From: Candidatus Woesearchaeota archaeon
Lineage (GTDB): Archaea; Nanobdellota; Nanobdellia; UBA10117; ARS21
Reading direction: 5' to 3'
Assembly (NCBI GenBank): GCA_038128845.1
Contig: JAYPKL010000003.1
Coordinates: 1 to 55,920, forward strand
Length of the DNA stretch: 55,920 nucleotides
Shown here: one piece after another, positions 54,503-55,920 of the stretch
Layout: each line of letters begins with the position of its first letter
Numbering within the stretch: the first letter of the stretch is position 1
The notes under the pieces: generated by a model
What the model saw: only the letters and a program-made list of their open reading frames with translations
Database searches by the model: none
Told to the model about the DNA's origin: nothing
Made by a program: the position numbers and the translations under genes

Positions 54503-54844
54503 ATGGCAATGAATAGAAATTATGCGTCATTTTCAAATGAAAATTTGATGATGGAGTATATAATACAAAGTACAGAAAGATCACATTTGGGTTTGGCAAC
54601 TAGATCAAGCCTTACAAAAGGACTTAGATCTGCACTTTCAAAAACATATGTTCAAGATAAAAATGGAATTGATACAGATGTTCTATCTGAAAGTTTATAT
54701 TCATATATTAGAAAAAATAAATTACAGGGCTATGTAAGAAAAACCATGATAGCCAATTTAGAAGATGCAATAAATTTTTGGAATGAAGATTCGATAAACG
54801 GTGGTACTTTATTAGATATATTAGCTCCTAGTCAATCAGAATAA
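54503..54844 (+). CDS. hypothetical protein
   Basis: 113-aa ORF. Confidence 0.5.
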   Translation: MAMNRNYASFSNENLMMEYIIQSTERSHLGLATRSSLTKGLRSALSKTYVQDKNGIDTDVLSESLYSYIRKNKLQGYVRKTMIANLEDAINFWNEDSINGGTLLDILAPSQSE

Positions 54845-54872
54845 GTTATATATAATCTTATTATAATATATT

Positions 54873-55472
54873 ATGAAAAAAATATTATTTATAATATTAA
54901 TTTTATTTTTTCCTATTGTAATAGCTCATAAACCTTTTTATGAAATTTCAAATTATACTTTAATAGAAACACCCGAAATATCGCATGCATATTATTCTGA
55001 ATTAAATGGATCTGAACATATTTATGAAATAAATTCTGACAAAGATTTTAATTTATATGTAAATATTTTAGTTCCTTATGAAAGTAACCAGAGAGATTTC
55101 TTAGTAGAAATTTATCAAGATAATATACTTATTAATACTTTGAACAAAGAAAACTATAATTGGACATATTTTTTTGAGCAAATAGGCGGCGATGAATATT
55201 GGATGGGTCCAGAGTATGAAAAAATATCAGAATCTGGAAATTATAAATTAAATGTATCTTCTAAAAATAATACTGGAAAATATATATTGGCAACCGGAAA
55301 GATTGAAAGTTTTTCATTTCAAGATACGATAAATACAATTACTATTCTACCAAAAATAAAATCAGAATTTTTTGATAAAAATCCCTTGTCTGCTTACATG
55401 AATCGTTTTGGATTAATTTTATTTTTATTAGTATTAATTCCAATAATTATATTTAGAATATATAGAAATTAA
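54873..55472 (+). CDS. exported protein with C-terminal membrane anchor
   Basis: Signal peptide ending AH.P; C-terminal TM. Confidence 0.6.
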   Translation: MKKILFIILILFFPIVIAHKPFYEISNYTLIETPEISHAYYSELNGSEHIYEINSDKDFNLYVNILVPYESNQRDFLVEIYQDNILINTLNKENYNWTYFFEQIGGDEYWMGPEYEKISESGNYKLNVSSKNNTGKYILATGKIESFSFQDTINTITILPKIKSEFFDKNPLSAYMNRFGLILFLLVLIPIIIFRIYRN

Positions 55473-55615
55473 AATTTTTTATTGGTATACTTGTGTTTTA
55501 TCACATGTGTTTGATAGCACTCTTTACAAAAAGAAAATATCTTTAAACGCATTTTTTTACATTTTTCACAAGTCATAAGTTCTAAATCTCTTTCACATTT
55601 ATGACAGATTGGCAT
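55469..55615 (-). CDS. 48-aa zinc-finger microprotein (not in ORF track)
   Basis: C-x2-C-x8-C-x2-C-x10-C-x2-C-x3-H-x3-H (MPICHKCERDLELMTCEKC..). Confidence 0.65.
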   Translation of the reverse strand: MPICHKCERDLELMTCEKCKKMRLKIFSFCKECYQTHVIKHKYTNKKF

Positions 55616-55621
55616 ATAAAT

Positions 55622-55864
55622 TTATAATTCTAAAATTGATAAACCTTTTGTATGTTTAATATAAAATCGTATTGTAAGAATTAAAAAAAATATACCAACT
55701 ATTATTGACGCAATACCGATTGGATAAAAAATTTCAGATTTTTCAGCAAAACCAATGAATGCTATTCCAGGTAACATCAAGGATATTGAAGTTCGTATCA
55801 TGGCCAATATCGTTCTATCTCTAGCTAATTGGGTTCTTTTGTATGCAAGTTTATTATTATTCAT
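55622..55864 (-). CDS. DUF202 (YidH-like) membrane protein
   Basis: RT.LA.DRT.LA.IRT motif; start MNNNKL at 55864. Confidence 0.85.
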   Translation of the reverse strand: MNNNKLAYKRTQLARDRTILAMIRTSISLMLPGIAFIGFAEKSEIFYPIGIASIIVGIFFLILTIRFYIKHTKGLSILEL

Positions 55865-55920
55865 AAAATAATTAAGATAAAATATATATATAAAAATATC
55901 TGACATAAACGCCCGCACCG

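Noticed and set aside
55865-55918. N-terminal extension of the DUF202 ORF
   Set aside because: Low-complexity AT-rich promoter-like sequence; the motif-bearing part starts at ATG 55864.

Overview
This is a very AT-rich archaeal chromosome segment, most likely from a reduced DPANN-type lineage (inference). Archaeal markers include proteasome beta subunit + aCPSF1, eS1/uS15, Bud32, archaeal-type ProRS and AsnRS, Mre11-Rad50, Lhr + metallophosphoesterase, a tRNA-Tyr with a bulge-helix-bulge intron, and TATA boxes about 26-32 nt upstream of starts. It holds 10 tRNA genes, about 55 longer ORFs and at least 12 micro-ORFs missed by the 60-aa track. No rRNA, CRISPR array, integrase or transposase is visible. 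Main highlights: (1) A tRNA-3'-anchored cassette system. Two paralogous proteins built from 70-71-aa HTH/Myb-like modules (2 and 4 copies, with diversification on one helix face) sit behind a shared leader that starts exactly 9 nt after tRNA-Glu and after tRNA-Thr. The tRNA-Glu locus also carries two further copies of the tRNA 3' end, inverted arms and other dispersed repeats. (2) A KR2-like NDQ (Na+-pump type) rhodopsin in an archaeal context, with substitutions at both ion-uptake positions and no retinal genes nearby. (3) Structured 5' leaders starting at predicted transcription starts, including a three-way junction before uS15. (4) A dense Cys/His-rich microproteome, including the 13-aa peptide MCGTCGCDDKDGK. 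All assignments come from motif recognition and manual reading; no searches were run.
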